This document shows positions 20,768 through 34,829 of a DNA stretch of 64,000 nucleotides, one piece after another. Below the pieces are notes generated by a model, which had not been told where the DNA came from, made no database searches, and saw only the letters and a list, made by a program, of their open reading frames with translations. How positions within the stretch are numbered: position 1 is the stretch's first letter; each line of letters starts with the position of its first letter. The DNA is taken from positions 101,928,001 to 101,992,000 of the forward strand of contig OZ024743.1 of assembly GCA_964016885.1 (NCBI GenBank). Reading direction: 5' to 3'. The translations under genes were made by a program, and so were the position numbers. This DNA comes from Eledone cirrhosa. Lineage: Eukaryota.

Positions 20768-23700
20768 ATATCTGTCTATCTCTATCCGTATATCTAACCT
20801 CTTATGTGCCTGCCCCACCAATCTTACGTTCATACATTACATTACTCACAGAGACAAATTCCAGCATTCTCATTCATATTGCATTGGCGCACCACACACA
20901 CACGCATACACACACTACATACAACCTGTTCCGATGTTGCGACGAAATCTGCGTTGACTATCAGCTAGCTATACCGCGCGCGCATGTGTGTGTATGTGTG
21001 CATGTGTGTGTAAGTCTGTGTGTGTGCAAGTGTGTGCGTGTGTAAGTCTTTTACACAGCTTTTAAGTAGCGGCTGCATTTTTAAGCTCTGCTTACAGCTG
21101 CTTGTTTTATATGTCAAATAGCGGGGATATAACGAACATTGCAGCTCACCTATGCGGAACGATGCCCCCATCATCAAGTTTGTATGCAAGTGTATGTGTA
21201 AATATAGATGAGGGTCTTTTAAAAGACTGTGAGCCTTCCCTTGTAAAAATGGCACTGCTCAGGCACTCTAAATTCAGTCAGCTGGGATTTACTAACGCGG
21301 AAGAATTTTATTATAACTCCTCGTCGGAAGATGTTGCTTCGAAATTTTCTGAAATATGGCAAGGTCGAAATTGGCAGTACTTCGACCATTTCACTTTATT
21401 CTTATTTGAACAATTCTAATTATATTTTCTACTTTTTATTTTCTCCTTCTTCTTCATATTTTTATCTTCTTTCTCTTTCTTCAGTTCTTTCCTACTTGGC
21501 TTTTGTTCCGCTTTATTGTTCATTTATTTCTTATTATTTCATTTGTTACACTTCCTTCCCGCCTCCCCTCTCTATGTCAGTCTATTAGTCTCTCTCTGTC
21601 TGACTGTCTCACTGTCTCATTTTCCGTTTGTCTCTGTCTGTCTGTTACTCTTACTTCCCCTCTTTCTTCCCCTTTCACTATCTCCCTCTCTTTTCTTGTG
21701 AACCCCGTAGAATCGAAGCGAAGTAACACACATATAAATACACATACACAAACATACACGCTCACACATACACACACACACATATATATACACACGCACA
21801 CTCAAAAGAAAACGAATTCACCAATATAAGTATTCTGCATTTGGGTTTAATTACAATGCATCTGTTCTTCTTTAAAGGAATATTTAGATATTTAAATAAC
21901 AAATTAAACAGCAATCACTGAAAATTGTAAGTTGTGATGAAAATATTTAAAGAAAATGATATTAAGATAAAAGAGAAAATATATTAAAAAGGAGATGAAA
22001 ATTATAATTGTAAATATAATATATTATTGAAAAAAATTATATAAAAATTATCAAAATTGGAATATAGAAAAAAACAAAAAAAAAACAAAAACAAAAACAA
22101 AACAAAACAAGGGAGACAGCAAAGAGGAGGGGGAAATAAAAACAAGAAGGAAAATAAATTGTGTTTTCAGCTGTGGGTGTAATGCAATTCATTTAAAAAT
22201 CTGTTTATTCAGTCTAACAATTTCATATACCTTGGTATTCTATGCCTAAAACCATGAACGAATTGCATTGCTGACGACTGCTCTCGTGTGTGCTCAGTTT
22301 CTCAGTTTTATATATATTTATTCACTCTCGTATGAAGAGACTTTGGATTAAGTAAAAAGAAAAAAAGAAAAAAACCGGAAGTGATTAAAAAAATTACGAA
22401 AAAAGTAAAAAAAAACAAAAAAACGACGAAATTTGGAAGCAAACGAAAATACAGAAAGAAAAACACACACACAAACACAAACAAAAATACTCCATTCAAA
22501 GTGAATATATATATAAGTGCGCGTGTGTGTATATGTAAGGATGTAGGTATATAAGCAAATTAGATATACTAAGTATCAAATAATTAAGGTATGTAAAGAA
22601 AAACAAGAACAAAAATAAGCATCGCAACAATACTAGCAACAACAACAACAATCGCAGCAATAGCACACAGAATTAATAATGATAATAATTATTGCTACGT
22701 GTTCATTGTATTAAATACAAGACATATCTGCAGTGGGTATGTACGGAGAAAATTTACTTAAAGAAGCAGCTATAAAAGGCAGAAGAATAACAGCAACATC
22801 AAAAACAAAACACAAAGAAAAATGTAAAAACAACTACAATAGTTAGTTGCTCACAGTGCTGGAAGGACTCGTGTCTAACTAGTCTAAGGCTCGATTAAAA
22901 ATAATAATAGATAAATTAATAGATAGAAAATAGAAAGAAAAAAAATGTTATTCCTGGATGTATTGTATATTCTGTGGCGGTGATGTTACTGTTTGAAATC
23001 AAACAAGTTAACGAGACTTCGAAGTTGGTTTATAATTTGGAAATAAATAACATACACGAAATATTTGTGCGGTTGGTACGAATTCTAGTTGATTATTTTC
23101 TCTTGTCGTCTGCTTGTGGTTGTTAGGCGACCCGGTTACACGATGGATATACATAAGAAAATTCGAAAGAAAAAAAAAATATACTGTCTACTCAATTCGA
23201 AAGGTATATCATTCAACATATATCACTATAATGTAGTGGAATACACAAACACACATCAACACACACACACTACATAGATACACACACACACACACACACA
23301 CGCACTCATATCAACGCACACGCAAACAGTATAATGCGCAATGTAGAAAGCACACGCACACATATAAGTAGAAAAAGAAACAATAATAATAATAAAAATA
23401 ATACTCGTGATAATTATAATAATATATCATAAATAAGTAAATAATTGGAATTAAACTTCTTTATTTCACTACTTAGAAAAAAAAAATATAGACTCACATA
23501 TATGCCTACAAATACAAGTATATATATACATATATATAATTATATAATACAATTCACTAAAGAATGAAACAAACCAAAGAAATTAACCCATTCATAACAC
23601 TACAAGATTGATATTGTAAAACTAGAGAGGTAGATAGAGAGAGTGAAAGAGAGAAAGAGAGAAAGAATCAGGCAAGGGAAAATAAGAAAAAAATATTAAC

Positions 23701-23789
23701 GTGAAGTTTTTACAAATAGTGTAGACATACCTACTACCACCACCACAACAATCACATCCATCACTGCCTCACCACACCACCACTTATAA

Positions 23790-23835
<46 letters not shown>

Positions 23836-25354
23836 AGGCTGTTATGTTGTTGTTTTGATTTTCTTTATCAAAGAATGCAATACACGCTCATAGAAATTAT
23901 TTTTACTATTAAATTATCAGAGTAAATTAAAAACAAAACAAAACAAAACAACAACAACAACAACAAACGAACAAATAAAAACAACAAAATCTTCCCCTAA
24001 ATACAGAAATATATGGCTGAAATCGCAATAATAAAAACACAAACAACCATTCACCAACAACAACCTCAATAACAACAACAATAACACGACAATAAACTAC
24101 AAAAGCAGTAACACCAACAGCTTCATTAACAGTAGCATAACATACAAAATATATAATAATAAAATAACTACGGAATCACAACAACTCTTGCAGTTTGGAT
24201 ATACTTTCGGAAATATAAAATTGTTGTTGAAATTTTATTTTCATTTTGATATTCATTATTAAAGTGGTTAAAAAAAAAAAGAATTAAAATGATACTAAAG
24301 AAACCGGGATAGGAAGGAACAGTCACCAGTGGATTTACCTGGAATTCATCAACGTTACGGATTAATACACGTGTGGATTCTGGATTTTGGTACAGCTATC
24401 TCTTAAAACTTGGAATACATATCTTGGATCATATTTAAACGGCATCTATTAAGAAAAAAGGATTTTAATATAGACGCGTGTGTGAACATCCTCACAAACG
24501 TGTCTTCTGATATATATTATATGTGTACATGTAACATATATGTTATTGTATAAGCATATATATATATGCGAGTGTATACATAGATAAACATACACACACA
24601 TATATATATGTGTGTATGTATAAGTATATATGTTTATTATTTAATGGTTTTCAATAAGGTGCTAGCCCAGGAGTAAATATATTGATATATAACTTATTCA
24701 TATTCTAATATTTGTTTTAGATATTAGACTATAGAGTAAAATGTTTTTATAAGTTAATAAGTCGACCGTGATAGGGGTTCGGTAGCATTGGGGGTCGTGA
24801 GCACACATAGACACACACATACACATTGCCATTTACCACCTCTTACATATATTTACACACAAATAATAACTACAGCAATAATACCACCACTACCACCACT
24901 ACCACCACTACCACCACTACCACGACAACCACCACTTCCATCACTACCCCCACCACCATCACCACCATCAATAAAGGTAACAATGTCAAAGGGAATAATA
25001 AAGTTAGTGGATAATAATACAATATGAACTGAAGTATTAGTAAAATATTATATGATAATACATGAGACTATTTAAGGGTTTCGTATACAAAATAGACTTT
25101 AGTGGCTTCCTTCAGATATAAATGAATTCATACAATACAAACACATATATATGTGTGTATCTATAATTGGTTATTTTGTTATTACTATTATAAGATTAAA
25201 AAGTATTAACTGTTAAAATGTTAAAATTATGGTTATACGATTAGGCAGGATAGTAAATAACTATATTTTAGATTTGAATAGAGTAGTAATTCAATATTTG
25301 TTTGATTAGAAAATTACTTTTAATTATATACTTACATAGTTACATACATCCACC

Positions 25355-25406
<52 letters not shown>

Positions 25407-25407
25407 T

Positions 25408-25475
<68 letters not shown>

Positions 25476-26323
25476 CGTAATTATTAAGCAACATTATCAT
25501 AAAAGATAACGATGTATATATAATATTGCATCTATAAATATACGGAAGACAAAATGCTATCATATACACAGGATAGAAATAATAGTTTTAGAATACCAGT
25601 TCATCTCAACTAGATCAAATCCCTCTTTTAGTTGCAGATTTTATCAAAATTCTCTTTACAGAAAGAAGCCAACAATCCTTTAAGAACTTGTTTCAGTTCT
25701 GAGGGAATGCAATGTTCAAAAAGTCACAATGAACATGGACTATTTCCACTCCTAAATTGTAAAGTATAAAATCTGAATATTTCTTTCATTGGTTCAACAA
25801 TGTTAACACTACCCCCTATAATAACAGTTTGCTTTTGGTCTATACAGTTGCAGAAATGTAAAACAGATAATGGTGTATAGAAACCAAATAAAATAATCAT
25901 TAAAACGAACCAACTAACAAATTCAATTTTGTGTCAAGGAAAGCGGACACGTAAAAAAATAAATAAATAAACCAAATATACAAAAGAAAACATGAAAGTT
26001 GGGAGAAAGAAATAGATATTCGGATATCTTTAGGTAAATTTTCAGACACAATTTCTATAAGCGAATCGATGAAACCATATGCAAGAAAAGATCTATTATT
26101 CTTGAAGTTAGTAGACGTAAGAATGGAGCAAACTGTAACAATGTTAAATGAATACAAAACTTGACGAAAACTAACACATTAGATGAATTTATTAACACCA
26201 CTTAAATCAAAGTGTCTAAAATATAAACTAAGGTGGAAATAGACATGCAAACCGGCTAAAGCTTAATATGTATGGGGAACATAAGGGTTTTGATCACTTG
26301 ATCGTCGTACGGCTTCGTTCATA

Positions 26324-26716
26324 ATGCGGCCCCTGCTGTCTCAAATCGCTGTTTTCGTCTCCTTAGTCATGCCTCTGGTGTGGATTATAATTCTTCCTGG
26401 GGTCAACACGGAACACAACCGCACGATCGCAGCCCTATTTGACAAGGCTCAATACTCCTTGCTATCACGTATCTTCACCAAAGCTATTTCAGAATTACGA
26501 AACAATAATACTCAAACCCGGTTTCAAGGCTATAAAATTAAAGCATCGACAAACTTCTACGATGTAATCAACGAGATATGTCGTGCTATTAAACATGGGA
26601 ACGTTGAATCTTTTATTGTAGTCGGCAGAAGACCGACAATACACGCCGTTAATATTGTAGCGGAGGCTTTGTCAATACCAGTGCTTGGCTATATGCTCGG
26701 AGAAGACACGCTCAAG
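26324..26716 (+). CDS. First coding exon of an ionotropic glutamate receptor-like gene (signal peptide + start of LIVBP-type amino-terminal domain; NMDA-subunit-like)
   Basis: ATG, hydrophobic signal peptide, TIAALF strand, VINEICRAI..VESFIVVG, AEALSIPVLGY; 131 codons ending at a strong phase-0 donor AAG/GTAAGT (26717). Subtype not determinable; other LIVBP-domain receptors not excluded. Confidence 0.78.
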
Positions 26717-26739
26717 GTAAGTGAGTTACAACATCAACC

Positions 26740-26863
26740 CCGTTATCGTCATCGTCATCATCCTCATCATCATCATCGTCGTAGTCGTCACTAACATCAA
26801 CAACAAAAACTCCTCCTTCTCCTTCTCCTCCTCCTCCTCCTCCTCCTACTACTACTACTACTC

Positions 26864-26953
<90 letters not shown>

Positions 26954-28172
26954 TAGCAACAACAACTAAATGGAACAACTGCAACATTGCAGCAACCCTC
27001 CCTCCCCCCCATATACAAACACTACCATCACCAATAACAACACGTCCAACAACACTAATATCTCCAACACTGACAACATCACCGCATACTCACCACCACC
27101 ACCACCACTACTGTCACCACCACTACTATCACCACTACTATCACCACCACCATCACCACCACTACTGTCACCACCACTACTATCACCACTACTATCACCA
27201 CCACCATCACCACCACTACTGTCACCACCACTACTATCACCACTACTATCACCACCACCATCACCACCACTACTGTCACCACCACTACTATCACCACCAC
27301 TATCACCACCACTACCATCACCACCACTACTGTCACCACCACTACTATCACCACCACTATCACCACCACTACCATCACCACCACTACTGTCACCACCACT
27401 ACTATCACCACCACCACCACCACTATCAACACCACTACTATCACCACCACTATCACCACCACCACCACTATCACCACCACTATCACCACCACCACCACCA
27501 CCACCACCACCACTATCACCACCACTACTATCACCACCACTATCACCACCACTACTATCACCACCACTATCACCACCACCACCACCACAACTACTATCAC
27601 CACCACTACTATCACCACCACTACCACCACCACTACTATCACCACCACCACCACCACCACTACCACCACCACCACCACTACTATCACCACCACTACTATC
27701 ACCACCACTACCACCACCACTACTATCACCACCACCACCACCACCACTAACACCAGTATCCCCATAATCACCAACAACACCACCACAACAACAACATCAC
27801 CACTACTATCACCACTACTCTCACCGCCACTATCATCACCACTACCACCACTACTATCACCACTACTATCACCACCAGTATCACAACAACAACACCACCT
27901 CTACTACTATCACCACTACTATCACCACCACTATCACAACAACACCTCCTCTACTACTATCACCACTACTATCACCACCACTATCACAACACCACCTCTA
28001 CTACTATCACCACCACTATCACAACAACAACACCACCTCTACTAGTATCACCACTACTATCACCACCACTATCACAACAACAACACCACCTCTACTACTA
28101 TCACCACCACTATCACAACATCAACACCTCTACTACTATCACCACTACTATCACCACCACTATCACAACAAA
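26740..28172. repeat. Compound trinucleotide repeats (CAT, TCC, TAC, CAC/TAC minisatellite) at start of intron
   Basis: Direct reading. Confidence 0.95.
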
Positions 28173-28428
28173 CTACAGTGTTCTATTATTCAATTATCGA
28201 TTATTCTACCATACCTACCTAGATTGCTAATTATACCAAAAGTAAGATACATTCATATTTCTTACGAGATATTGCTTCTTGTGTAACGTCTCCATCCTAG
28301 TCAACTAAATATCTCAACACTTAGTATATGTAACTTGTATCATCTATCTGTGACTGTCTCATTCTCTATCTATCTGTCAGTGTATTAATCTCTCTCTCTC
28401 TCTCTCTCTCTCTGACTCTGTCTGTCTG

Positions 28429-28526
<98 letters not shown>

Positions 28527-28583
28527 AATGAAAAGTATAGAAATTATTATGAGCAAGAAGCACACAGTATTTCATAATATATA

Positions 28584-28656
<73 letters not shown>

Positions 28657-28719
28657 TATGTATGTATTTGACTGTCGGTCAGTCCACCCCTCTATCCAAC
28701 TACCTATCTATCTACATCT

Positions 28720-28844
<125 letters not shown>

Positions 28845-28905
28845 GGTCAGTCCACCCTTCTATCTATTTATCTATCTATCTAACTATCTATCTGTACGAA
28901 CATAC

Positions 28906-29018
28906 TTTATTTTTATATATTGTTATTGCCTCCTCCCTATTGAGGACGCCTTGTTTTGTAAACTCCCCCCATTGTACTTGTCCCACTTTTGATGCCCTGG
29001 TGGCAAATAAAAGAAACA
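28906..29018 (+). mobile_element. 5'-truncated LINE 3' end with 21-bp target-site duplication
   Basis: TATCTATCTGTACGAACATAC at 28885-28905 and 29019-29039; insert ends CCCTGGTGGCAAATAAAAGAAAC. Confidence 0.85.
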
Positions 29019-29601
29019 TATCTATCTGTACGAACATACGTTTCTACCTATATTCACACATAAATACATTCATCCATACAAACATATATTACAAAGGCCA
29101 CAATAAACACATATATTTGCATACACACATACAAGCACACTTAAATACATACACAGAATTATATGCACACAATTATACGCGCACACACAAACATATATAT
29201 ATCTCGCTGACTTGCTTCACTACGCGCGCTAATCTATTCTTATCAAATATTTACATTGAAAACGTAATTAAATACACACAGAAAATTAAAAAAAACACAA
29301 AACAACAAAAACTAAAAAACAAAAAAACAAAGACGAAATCACAAAAGACACATAATGGTTTCTATGACAACGTGTCGTTATTTGAAGCACCTGAAACTTA
29401 TGGAACTATGAATCAATAGAGAAATGCATGTACGCATCATGTATCTATTTATGTACAAATAAGCAGTTATGTATAAGAAAACGATAATTGCACGCATTGT
29501 ATAAGCGTACGTATTGCCTATGAAGGTACGAGAGTTTATATAAATATAACTACATAGAGACATATATATTTTTGTGTTTATGTATGTATACACCCCCTAC
29601 C

Positions 29602-29656
<55 letters not shown>

Positions 29657-29776
29657 ATATATATATACAAATAGAGCTAACTACCTAAACATATATATAA
29701 ATAGGCTATCTACCTAAATATATATATTCATATACAAAGAAATTCTCTAATTATATATATATGATATATATATATA

Positions 29777-29865
<89 letters not shown>

Positions 29866-29890
29866 AAAAGATGGTTAAAAGAGTTCCATG

Positions 29891-29961
29891 TATTTTATTA
29901 TGCGCATTTCAAAAACAAATATCATCATGGGATGATATTTGCGTTCTCATCAGATAAAATA
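29891..29961 (-). ncRNA. Type I hammerhead ribozyme motif (mirror copy)
   Basis: Reverse complement of 30080-30150. Confidence 0.88.
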
Positions 29962-30079
29962 GGGAGACATGATATGAAGCTTAAAAAACACTTGCGAGCA
30001 GTGAAGTATTAAATCAACATATGTTGATTTAACACTTCACTGCTCGCAAGTGTTTTTTAAGCTTCATATCATGTCTCCC

Positions 30080-30150
30080 TATTTTATCTGATGAGAACGC
30101 AAATATCATCCCATGATGATAATTGTTTTTGAAATGCGCATAATAAAATA
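30080..30150 (+). ncRNA. Type I hammerhead ribozyme motif
   Basis: TATTTTAT-CTGATGA (30088-30094), long stem II, GAAA (30131-30134), palindromic ATGCGCAT, A, ATAAAATA (8-bp stem I). Confidence 0.88.
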
Positions 30151-30274
30151 CATGGAACTCTTTTAACCATCTTTTGACTTTATATTATTTATACTCCAGT
30201 CCTATAAACTGTTGAGTGCTACTTATCCGATATTTGCATTGCTTTATTGTGCTACTATAAAACTCCCCTCCTAC

Positions 30275-30306
<32 letters not shown>

Positions 30307-30743
30307 TTAATAATATATGTAAAAGATCTTTTGAATATATATATATATATATATATATTCAAAAGATCTTTTACATATATTATTAAAAATATGATTGTAT
30401 AACTTTAGTTATTACATCTTATAATTTATATATTTAATGCCTTGCACCTGGTAAAAGAGATCTGCCAATCGTATAAATATTTATATGCATACATGTGTGT
30501 TTGTGTGTGTGGGTGGGTGTATGTGAGCGTGAGCGTGTGTGTGTGTATGTGTGCGCGTGTGTGTGAGTGTGTGTAAAATGTAAACAGAAATCAAAAATCA
30601 AAAGAGACAGTACAATCAAGAAATATATTAGTTTAACACTTGAAATAATATGAAAAGATTCATAACGTTTCCGACATTAGACATTCATCAGACGAGAAAT
30701 AAAACATGAAATAGAAAGAAAGAGAGAGGGAGAGAGAGAGAGG

Positions 30744-30789
<46 letters not shown>

Positions 30790-30904
30790 GAAAGGAGAAA
30801 ATTGAGAAAAAAACAACACACGTATTCAGTCAGCCATTTTGGATATATACATACATATATATATACACACATACGTACATATATGTACACACACACACAC
30901 ACAT

Positions 30905-30953
<49 letters not shown>

Positions 30954-31338
30954 TATATATATATGTATATATATATATACATACATATATATATATATAT
31001 CCATATATATACATATATATATACACACACACACACATATATATATATACACACACACATATACATATATACATACACACATACACATATGTATATATAC
31101 ACACAGACATATATATATACACATACACAAACACATATATGCATATACATATACCAACATATATATATATATGTATATATACATGTATATATACATACAT
31201 ACATATACACGCACATATATATATATACATACACTTATACACACATATATATATACATACACATATATCTACACACATACATATATACACAGATATACAT
31301 ATATGTACACAGATATACATATACAAACACACGCAGAC

Positions 31339-31377
<39 letters not shown>

Positions 31378-31380
<3 letters not shown>

Positions 31381-31972
31381 AGCAGTGGTACCCAGCGTTG
31401 CACGGGATAAGGTATTTTGGAACGTGGGCCGCCAACAGACCTACTCGTGGCAAAACTGCATGTCTGGACAATATGTAAAGAAAATAAACCGAATACTATG
31501 ATGGCTGGATAATCTTTAAGATTTTCCTCGATGAAGCAGTAAAAATGCAGGTTTTCACCTAATGCGGGCCCTAGGGGGATCAAGAAAATGAATTTTTTTA
31601 TGTGCACAAAATGCCTTGAAATTTCGGGAAAATCGGCTAGACGTAACGCTTCAAAAAAGCCCTAAAAAGCTGAAAAACTGAAGTTGTTCACATAATGCGG
31701 GCCCTAGGTCATAAAAAGTTGGATTTTCTTTGCTCACGTTATGAAGAAGAGACTGACTAATACATAGTTACAATTTCAAGGAAATCGGTCTGATGTAACG
31801 CCTAAAAAAAAATTAAAAAGCTGAAAAAAACACAGTTTTTCACCTAATGCGGGCCCTAGGAGCTCAAAAAGTGTAAAGTTTTAAAAAATCGGTTGGGTAC
31901 TTCTCGAGTTTTAGGGATTCGAACTCACACACACACACAGACAGACATCCTCTGTTTTATATATATATAGAT
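31378..31972 (+). mobile_element. Non-autonomous Helitron-like element with internal tandem repeats
   Basis: 5' ACAAGCAG..ACCCAGCGTTGCACGGG hairpin; 3' (AC)n-ACAGACAGACA..TTTTATATATATAGAT; three internal repeats containing AATGCGGGCCCTAGG (31561, 31694, 31846). Resembles Lep1-type non-autonomous helitrons. Confidence 0.7.
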
Positions 31973-31974
31973 AG

Positions 31975-32170
31975 AGTCCACGCTGTAATGTGGCCGTGTA
32001 GGTTACACGGTAAAAACCTCCCAGTCCACACTGTAAACGTGGTCGGTGTTAGGAAGGCAGACAGTCCTATACGAGCAAGACAACCAATCTTGCCTCAAAT
32101 GGGACAATTCCCGTCTAAACCCATGTTAGCGTGGAAGATAGACGTTAAACGATGATGATGATGATGATGA

Positions 32171-32174
<4 letters not shown>
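31975..32174 (+). mobile_element. SINE/RTE-type 3' end with (GAT)n tail
   Basis: ...GGTGTTAGGAAGGCA...CCCATGTTAGCGTGGAAGATAGACGTTAAAC then (GAT)n. Confidence 0.6.
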
Positions 32175-32236
<62 letters not shown>

Positions 32237-32534
32237 GCATCTTTATATATGTGTGTGCGTGCATGTGTCTATGTTGTTAATTATGTCTGAAAATTAGTGG
32301 TTCGACGGAAAGATATGTATGAAATATGTCTCAAACTTGAAAAAGTAAGAACTGGGGGGTGAAACATTCAGCAAGTATAAAACTGTGCCACAGCAGGACA
32401 GCAGTCTACAGACTGAAACTAGTAAAACATTATGAGAATACATATTATATGTATGAGAATACATATTATATGCAACTTTATTCTCTAGTTGATCTCGTGT
32501 ACGCTAACGACGGCCAGACTAAAAGGCTTGAAAC

Positions 32535-32708
<174 letters not shown>

Positions 32709-32714
32709 GCGTTT

Positions 32715-32790
32715 ACAGATTGACTTTGTTAGTTTCAGAAGATCCCGTTAAGGGTGAAAGCAGCGATTCTTTGCTTAAACTTTAATCTGT
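32715..32790 (+). ncRNA. Hammerhead motif with monomeric stem III and a core variant (CAGAAGA)
   Basis: AGTTT-CAGAAGA (32736-32742), CCC-GTTAA-GGG, GAAA (32756-32759), AGCAG/TTGCT stem III, T, AAACT; distal ACAGATT/AATCTGT pairing. Confidence 0.7.
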
Positions 32791-33027
32791 TATTTTAATA
32801 AATATTTGCTCTACGGTTCTTATATATTTGATATATATTTTCCTTATCGAGCCCTCTTTGGATCTTAGTCTTCAATTTTATTATTATTACTATATATATA
32901 TACATATATACATATATATACATATATATATACATATATACATATATATACATATATATATATACATATATACACATATATATATATATACATATATATA
33001 TACATATATATATACATATATATATAC

Positions 33028-33168
<141 letters not shown>

Positions 33169-33295
33169 GATTAAACCAGTATTGAATTAGTCAGACGATT
33201 ATTCAATTAGTACTCCATACCTTGGTTAGTTGAGTCGGACTATATTAGAAAGATTCGGGGCCCTGACTCTTTCTAATATATGTATATATATATAC

Positions 33296-33326
<31 letters not shown>

Positions 33327-33354
33327 CACACACACACATATTTAAATATTTAAC

Positions 33355-33490
33355 CCCGAAGCTATCGAAACGGCTTGAGCACTGCCGTGGGGGTTAGACA
33401 TTTTCCTATTACCTATTCTACTACCCTAAGTATTGAGTACTCTGGTGCGTTATGGTCCATCTGGTTCCTTACCACACCTCCTTCGTTATT
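33355..33490 (+). mobile_element. Truncated copy of the 16727-17215 repeat family
   Basis: Shared TCGAAACGGCTTGAGC..CATTTTCCTATTACC..CTACCCTAAGTATTGA..TCTGGTGCGTTATGGTCCA..TTCCTTACCACAC. Confidence 0.85.
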
Positions 33491-33501
33491 TATATATATA
33501 A

Positions 33502-33558
<57 letters not shown>

Positions 33559-33780
33559 TTAGAGAAAACATCACGGGCGCTCTATCTCAAAATTAATTTT
33601 GAAAAGCATTAGAAAAGCGCAACCGGTAAAAACTTAAAACTGAAACTGAATACTAACCAATACTTATTACTAATTTTTACTTATTCCTAATTAAACTATT
33701 TTTCACTGGGAAAAATTTGTCAGCATTTTCTTTTCCTTTTACCAATATATCACAACTCGTGTGTTACACCTCTATTCTTT

Positions 33781-33849
<69 letters not shown>

Positions 33850-34016
33850 TTCTCTATTTCTCTATAGTCTCTACTCCAACTTAAACATCTTTTTACTTTT
33901 CTGTCATTTAATATGTTTCTCATTTCATCTCTATTACTGCCAATATCTCTAGAAGCCAGCTCCACGTACCCACTATTCAAAACCACTCAACCCTCATCTC
34001 CTGTGTTCTCAACTTG

Positions 34017-34066
34017 TCTCGTCTGACAGTCCTGTAAGTACAAAGGTGGAACTCCTGAGTAATGAG
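34017..34066 (+). ncRNA. Degenerate hammerhead motif (same family as 18085-18137 and 43065-43120)
   Basis: TCGT-CTGACAG...GGAA-CTCCTGAG-TA-ATGA; core mutated. Confidence 0.5.
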
Positions 34067-34146
34067 TCTCATCATATAGATACAATAACGAATATCGACC
34101 TCTACTTCGCCATTGAGTACTCACTTCCACGTTTGTCAATATCACA

Positions 34147-34181
<35 letters not shown>

Positions 34182-34247
34182 GTATATACGACCTGGTGAT
34201 TTCATACGCATGAAACATTTATAGCCCTGTAGAAGCCATTTCTATAT

Positions 34248-34302
<55 letters not shown>

Positions 34303-34352
34303 TATATATATATAGAATTCACAAGAACCAAAGCTATGTTTAAAGCATTTAT

Positions 34353-34402
34353 TCACTTACAATTGTTTCATCCAAACCTAGGCTTGGAGTCTTCGGACCA
34401 TT
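34353..34402 (-). ncRNA. Hammerhead motif (CCGAAGA variant)
   Basis: Minus strand CCGAAGA-C-TCCAAGCC-TA-GGTTTGGA-T-GAAA-CAATTG-TA; palindromic ACAATTGT; stem I weak. Confidence 0.62.
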
Positions 34403-34450
34403 TTCCAATGTTTGTACACATAATTGACTTACTGGTAATAAGGTAATAAT

Positions 34451-34565
34451 TATTTCTACTTTTGGTACAAGGCCAGCAAATACCCAGTGCATTACTGGTA
34501 CTTTATTTTATCGACCCCGTAAGGATGAAAGGCAAAGTTAACCTCGGCGGGATTTGAACTCAGAA
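34451..34565 (-). mobile_element. 5'-truncated SINE with 18-bp TSD
   Basis: TGGTAATAAGGTAATAAT at 34433-34450 and 34566-34583 around a SINE core and B-box. Confidence 0.9.
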
Positions 34566-34709
34566 TGGTAATAAGGTAATAATAAATTACTGACCTTCAC
34601 TGTTTAGGGTTTAACATATATATAACTATAAACATTTTAGTATATACATAACCATAAATAGTATCCTTAATATTATATATATATATATATATATAAATAT
34701 AAATATATA

Positions 34710-34829
<120 letters not shown>

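Larger units (their letters stand above)
29856..30185. repeat. Near-perfect 330-bp palindrome with a hammerhead in each arm
   Basis: Centre AAATCAACAT|ATGTTGATTT (30020/30021); I see only two mismatched pairs between the arms. Confidence 0.95.

Noticed and set aside
26717-26794. His/Arg-rich C-terminus of the 156-aa ORF
   Set aside because: Read-through past the GTAAGT donor into (CAT)n.
26970-27786. Extensin-like Pro-rich ORF and its poly-Val antisense
   Set aside because: CAC/TAC simple repeat just inside the intron; no splice or domain support.
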